A DNA stretch of 64,000 nt, taken from assembly GCA_965213925.1 (NCBI GenBank), contig OZ243927.1, positions 2,656,001 to 2,720,000 on the forward strand, written 5' to 3'. Under the pieces are notes generated by a model. The model was not told where the DNA came from, made no database searches, and saw only the letters and a list, made by a program, of their open reading frames with translations. Position 1 is the first letter of the stretch. Every line of letters begins with the position of its first letter. Source of the stretch: Trueperaceae bacterium. Lineage in GTDB: Bacteria > Deinococcota > Deinococci > Deinococcales > Trueperaceae. The position numbers were made by a program, and so were the translations under genes. This document shows, piece by piece, positions 59,390-64,000 of this stretch.

Positions 59390-60345
59390 CAGTACTCCAC
59401 CTTGCGGCTCGCGAAGCGGAGTTGCAACAGTGTCACGCCTAAGATGATAACGAAGAGCAACACCGTCACGGCGGCGGCGTAGCCGAGCCGGAAGCGGGCG
59501 AACGCCTCTTGGTACATGTAGAGCGCGATGGTCAAGGTGCTGTTTAAGGGACCCCCTTGGTCGGTGAAGTTGATGTTCACCACCTGGTCGAAGAGTTGCA
59601 GCGAGGCGATGGTCGAGATGATGAGCGAGAAGACGATAACCGGATTCAGGAGCGGCACGGTGATGTGCCAGAAGAGCGCCCAGCGCCCCGCCCCATCGAT
59701 GCGCGCCGCTTCGTAAAAGGACTGTGAGATACCCTTGAGCCCCGCCAAAAAGATAACCACTTGAAAGCCCAAGTTCTGCCAGATGACCACAACGGCGACA
59801 GCGGGCAGCGCCTGAGTCGGTGAGGACAAAAAGGGCTGCGGGTCGATGGTGAGCCAGCCAACGCCGCGCTCCTCCCAAAAGATGCTCCACTCGATGAGCA
59901 CATTATTGATAACGCCGAAGTTGACCGAATACATCCAGCCCCACACCCAGGCGACGGCGGCGGCGGGCGTCACGTAGGGCGCGAAATAAATGGCGCGAAA
60001 AAGGGGTTGGAAGCGCCTCACCGAGTTTAGGAGGCTCGCGATAAAGAGCCCTAACGCGAGTTGCGCGGGCACGATGATGAGCGTGTAGAGCGCTGTGTTG
60101 AGCAATGCGCGGTGCAGTTTGGGGTCGCTCAGCATCTGCTGGTACTGTGCCAGCCCTAAGAACTCGCGCTCCTCGGCGCTGACGTGCCAGCTAAATAAGG
60201 AGAGGTAAAACGCTTGGAAGGCGGGCCAGATGCGCAGCGTGAGATAGAAGAGCAGGGGGATGAATAAGAATGCGTACGCCCAGAGCGCTTCGCGCGTGGC
60301 AAGAGAAACGCTCGAGCGTTTTTGAAAATCCGAACTGGCGCGCAC
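59389..60345 (-). CDS. Carbohydrate ABC permease
   Basis: YEAARIDGA, GGPLNST. Confidence 0.9.
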   Translation of the reverse strand: MRASSDFQKRSSVSLATREALWAYAFLFIPLLFYLTLRIWPAFQAFYLSLFSWHVSAEEREFLGLAQYQQMLSDPKLHRALLNTALYTLIIVPAQLALGLFIASLLNSVRRFQPLFRAIYFAPYVTPAAAVAWVWGWMYSVNFGVINNVLIEWSIFWEERGVGWLTIDPQPFLSSPTQALPAVAVVVIWQNLGFQVVIFLAGLKGISQSFYEAARIDGAGRWALFWHITVPLLNPVIVFSLIISTIASLQLFDQVVNINFTDQGGPLNSTLTIALYMYQEAFARFRLGYAAAVTVLLFVIILGVTLLQLRFASRKVEY

Positions 60346-60454
60346 CTTAACACCTCTCTTCTCTAATGCAGCCTAACTGAGCGCTCGTACAGGTTTGAGT
60401 TAAACAGGGTCAATGAATTTCAGCGCTGCTCCCGAACCCTAGAGAACGTTTTGG

Positions 60455-60490
60455 CGTGGTAGGGGAGGGTTTCAAACCTGCCCTACCACG
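60455..60490. repeat. GTAG-type REP-like hairpin
   Basis: CGTGGTAGGGGAGGGTTTCAAACCTGCCCTACCACG between SBP and permease. Confidence 0.6.
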
Positions 60491-60677
60491 CGGCGCGACC
60501 TGAGTCAAGCTTTGGAGTCATTACTAATTCTGTAGAGGTACTCAGATGATTTAGATTTGACTCCGCTTTGAATGGTCATTGCCTCTGTACGCTCGAGAGG
60601 TAACACCCTCAAGCGTCACCTCACTGAGATACCTCTTATCTCTGCGAGCTAAAACGCCACGCGAACCCCACTCAACG

Positions 60678-61946
60678 CTACTGTGCGAACTCGTCAAGGA
60701 GCGCTTGGTCTTCCTGCGCCGCCCTCTCCCACGACGCGGCGGGGTCCATCCCCTCTAAGGCGACGCGGTTGATGGCGTCTACGACGACGGCGCGTTGGGC
60801 GCTCTCGTCCACGAAGGTGGTGGCGGTGGCGTAGGCGAGGCTCGAGATGAAAGGACCGTACACGGGGTCACTGGCAAGCTCGGGGTCTTCAATTAGGGCT
60901 TGCCTGGCGGGAAGTTCGCCGACGGTCTCGAGCCACAAGGTCATCGCCTCGGGGCGCGTGACGAACTCCAAAAACTTCGCGCTCGCCTCTAACTTAGCTT
61001 CGTCCTCAAACGCATTCGGCGTAAGCCCGTTCATCCAGAACGAGCCGAAGTTGGCCTTTACACCCCCCTCTTCTAACAGAGGAATCTCCGCGACGCCCCA
61101 CTCAAACTCGGCGGCGTCTTGCGTGTCGCCAATCGCAAAGGAGCCGTCGATGATCATGGCGATGTTCTCCTGAATGCGGAAGCCGTCGCGGTAGCCGTTG
61201 TTGCCCGGCACGAAGTCGATGACGCCGATTTCGTCCTCGGTGAGCCAGCTCGTGTAGAGTTCGAACGCCTCTAAGCCTTCGGGCGAGTCGTAAAGTACCT
61301 CGGTGCCGTCGTCGCCGTAGGGCTGCGTGCCGAACTGCTTGGTCAGGATTTCGCGAATCAAGTGATGGTCTTGACCGTTGGGCGCGACGCCGTAACCCGT
61401 CTGTGTGAAGCGGGGACCGCGCTTTTCGGTCAGCGCCGCGGCAATCTCTACAAACTCGTCCCAGGTGGCGGGCGGCGCATCGTAGCCCGCCTCGCTCAGC
61501 TTGTCCTGGTTGTAAAAAAGCGCGAGGCTGCGCACGGCGGTGGGCAGACCGTACCAGGTGTCGTCAATCTTCGCAGCTTGCGCCATCGGCACAAATTCCT
61601 CGTCGAGCGCCGTGAAGTTGAAATATTCCGCGGGCAACGCCTCGACGTAGCCGCTGCGCTCCCACGTCGGGAGCCAGCCGTAGAAGAGCTGGATCACATC
61701 GGGACCTTCGCCCGCCGGGAGCGACGCGGCGACTTGCTGCTGATAAGCGTCGTAAGGAAAGGTCTCCTGAACGACCGTGACGCCCGGATTCTCCGCCTCG
61801 AACTGCTCGATGAGTTGGCTCATAGCGCTCACGCGCGCCTCGAACTCGTACTGCCAGTAGGTGATCTCCTGCGCCGAGGCGAGGCTCAGCGTGACGAACA
61901 ATCCCGTGAGAAGTCCTCCTAGAACGAAACGGCGTGCGTGACTCAT
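60678..61946 (-). CDS. Carbohydrate ABC substrate-binding protein
   Basis: Signal peptide, GEGPDV, YGLP, LFYN, PPATWDE. Confidence 0.9.
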   Translation of the reverse strand: MSHARRFVLGGLLTGLFVTLSLASAQEITYWQYEFEARVSAMSQLIEQFEAENPGVTVVQETFPYDAYQQQVAASLPAGEGPDVIQLFYGWLPTWERSGYVEALPAEYFNFTALDEEFVPMAQAAKIDDTWYGLPTAVRSLALFYNQDKLSEAGYDAPPATWDEFVEIAAALTEKRGPRFTQTGYGVAPNGQDHHLIREILTKQFGTQPYGDDGTEVLYDSPEGLEAFELYTSWLTEDEIGVIDFVPGNNGYRDGFRIQENIAMIIDGSFAIGDTQDAAEFEWGVAEIPLLEEGGVKANFGSFWMNGLTPNAFEDEAKLEASAKFLEFVTRPEAMTLWLETVGELPARQALIEDPELASDPVYGPFISSLAYATATTFVDESAQRAVVVDAINRVALEGMDPAASWERAAQEDQALLDEFAQ

Positions 61947-61963
61947 GTTCTCTCCTTTCCTAT

Positions 61964-63421
61964 TTACTGCTGGGTTTCGCTCACCTTACCACGCAACGAA
62001 CGCCGCACCTCACGCAGCGCTGTGCGCAGGTGCGCCAACGCTTCTAAGTTGCCGTGTAGATGCGTTTCTGCCCCGGTCAGATGCGCGCTCACCACCTCGG
62101 GCGCAGGACCGCCGAAGCCGCGCCGCCGCCGTACGAACGCGCCGGGGTCCAAAGCCTCGCGGAGCACCGCTTCATCCAGACGAGGTCCGCCGAGCGCTGT
62201 GAGGTCGTCCGCCGTCGCCTCTTGCAAACACCTCTTCTCAGCGCTGAGTTTGGCGACGAGCGACGCGGCGAGGCTGTGGGCCTTTTGAAAACTCACGTCG
62301 CAGCGCCGCGTCAACTCATCCGCGAGTTCGGTGGCGGTGGTGTCGGTGCGCCTAGCTCCCTCGTTCAGCTTCACCTTATCGAACGCGCCGTCCTCCAAGC
62401 ACGCGCTGAGGAGCGCCAAGCCGCCCTCAAACTGGATGAAGAGGCTCACCAGCGCACCTTGGATGTCGGGGCCGAAGTCGTTGAGGTCGGCGTAGGGGAT
62501 GTTATGCGACGAATAGAGCACCATCTGGGCGCTGCCTAAGGTGCGCGAGAAGCGGGTGCGGGCGTGCTCGAGCGCCACCGGGTTGCGCTTTTGCGGCATG
62601 ATCGACGAGCCCTGCACGAGCCCATCGCCGAGCACATAAAGACCCGCCGACGCCCAGCCGATAAGGTCGTTCACAAAGCGCGAGAGCGTGAGCGAAATGC
62701 TCTGGATGACGCCGACGAACTCGACCTGCCAGTCCGAGGAGGCAACGGCGTCGTACGTGTTCGAGACGGGCGCGCCAAAGCCCAAAAGCTGCGCCGTATA
62801 GTGACGGTCGAGCGGATGCGACGACCCCGCCAACGCCGCTGCCCCGAGTGGACAGGTGTTGAGGCGCTTATGCGCGTCGAAGAGCCGGTCCATGTCACGT
62901 GAAAGCGCGTTGTCGATGGCGGCGAGGTAGTGCCCGACGGTGGTGGGCTGTCCGGGCTGGTGATGCGTCTGCGCGATGAGGATGGATTCGGTATGCTCCC
63001 GCGCTTGCTTCAAGAGGTGCGTCTGAAGTGCACCCAAACGCTCGATGACGTTCATCAAAAGCTCGCGCGTGCGGAGCTTATAGACCGTCATGTCGAGGTC
63101 GTTGCGGCTCAGCCCTAGCCGCAAAAAGCTCACGGCGTCTTCGCCCACGCGCGCCTCTAAGCGCTTATTGAACGCGAAGTAGAGGTCGGGCACCTCGGCG
63201 TCGTACTCGGGCAGCGCTTCGTCCCGCAAGCCGTGCAGGGCGTCTATAAGCGCGTCGATCTTCGCTTGACTCGCCCGAACGTTGGGGTCGTCCAGCTTTT
63301 TCACCGTCATGACGTGGGCGCTCATCGCGTCGAGGAAGTGGGGGGCTAGGTGCCAAGTCGCGAAGCGGAAGTCGGGCATGAGGACGTTCGCGACGTAGGT
63401 AGGGTGAAAGTGCTTGCCCAT
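61964..63421 (-). CDS. Argininosuccinate lyase-family (fumarase superfamily) enzyme
   Basis: SRNDL, THHQPGQP, PLGAAAL, GSSIMPQKRNP. Confidence 0.88.
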   Translation of the reverse strand: MGKHFHPTYVANVLMPDFRFATWHLAPHFLDAMSAHVMTVKKLDDPNVRASQAKIDALIDALHGLRDEALPEYDAEVPDLYFAFNKRLEARVGEDAVSFLRLGLSRNDLDMTVYKLRTRELLMNVIERLGALQTHLLKQAREHTESILIAQTHHQPGQPTTVGHYLAAIDNALSRDMDRLFDAHKRLNTCPLGAAALAGSSHPLDRHYTAQLLGFGAPVSNTYDAVASSDWQVEFVGVIQSISLTLSRFVNDLIGWASAGLYVLGDGLVQGSSIMPQKRNPVALEHARTRFSRTLGSAQMVLYSSHNIPYADLNDFGPDIQGALVSLFIQFEGGLALLSACLEDGAFDKVKLNEGARRTDTTATELADELTRRCDVSFQKAHSLAASLVAKLSAEKRCLQEATADDLTALGGPRLDEAVLREALDPGAFVRRRRGFGGPAPEVVSAHLTGAETHLHGNLEALAHLRTALREVRRSLRGKVSETQQ

Positions 63422-63634
63422 CAATCCTCCAGCATGTTCTCTAGCGTTCTGTATCCTCAGTTCGTCATCCTAGATTCGTTCGTTGCGACGCTTCTGATGC
63501 CTGGTTGTTTGGCTCGAGTCCTGAAACACTCGAGTTGCCCCCCTAGTCTACTTCACTCGGGTGTTGTGAGGACGCTCGAGCTTCAGCCGTACGATTCGGT
63601 TGGAGGCGCAGCTAGCGAATGTTAGAGTGAAACA

Positions 63635-64000
63635 GTGAACTTTACAGGAAAAAAGGTACTCATTACTGGAGGGACAAGAGGGATCGGTTTAGCGTGCGCC
63701 CAAGCCTTCGCCGAGCGCGGCGCGACGCTCGCTCTAGCGTATAGAGCTGACCACGACGCGGCTCAGAGGGCACTGGCGTCGCTCAGCGGCGAAGAGCATA
63801 TTAGCGTTGCGGGCGACCTTGCGGACGAGCGCTTCGCCGAAAACCTCATCAACCGCGTTGTAGATAATTTGGGTGGGCTGGATATCCTAGTCAACAATGC
63901 TGGCATCTTTCAAGCGCAACCCATCGACGCCGTGAGTTTTGACGAGTGGCGCTCGAGCTGGCAGCGCACGCTCAGCGTGAACCTGCTCGCGCCCGCGCAC
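63635..64000 (+). CDS. SDR oxidoreductase (runs off window)
   Basis: Manual translation VNFTGKKVLITGGTRGIG...LDILVNNAGI. Confidence 0.9.
   Translation, partial: MNFTGKKVLITGGTRGIGLACAQAFAERGATLALAYRADHDAAQRALASLSGEEHISVAGDLADERFAENLINRVVDNLGGLDILVNNAGIFQAQPIDAVSFDEWRSSWQRTLSVNLLAPAH

Overview
GC-rich bacterial sequence, most consistent with Deinococcota (Truepera-like). This rests on frequent leaderless TANNNT-N6-start promoters and a Deinococcus-type ~160-bp repeat. The ends are ordinary metabolic loci: glutamine synthetase III, a PLP aminotransferase, two polyamine-type ABC operons with agmatinase and a Lrp regulator (1-12.6 kb), and a GH1 plus a sugar ABC/ArgH-like operon (57-64 kb). The middle (~13-56 kb) is a mosaic of unrelated accessory modules: two Xre/RES toxin-antitoxin pairs, an HNH pair, hydrolases, glycosidases, a 10-kb GH2/GH43 sugar locus, lipoproteins and pseudogenes. 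The main observation is that most module boundaries carry one copy of a 32-bp imperfect palindrome (13-bp arm + GCGCGC core + 13-bp arm). There are 19 copies (14 complete, 5 variant or partial), in every gene-orientation context, and none was found inside operons. This resembles a tyrosine-recombinase (dif/pdif-like) gene-cassette system, but no recombinase gene is in the window. A nested pair of group II introns appears to be inserted into one of these sites. Four abrupt junctions (~2212, ~14201, ~27869, ~50044) truncate genes on both sides and probably mark concatenated contigs, so long-range synteny is uncertain. All product calls come from motif recognition by eye; no database searches were run.
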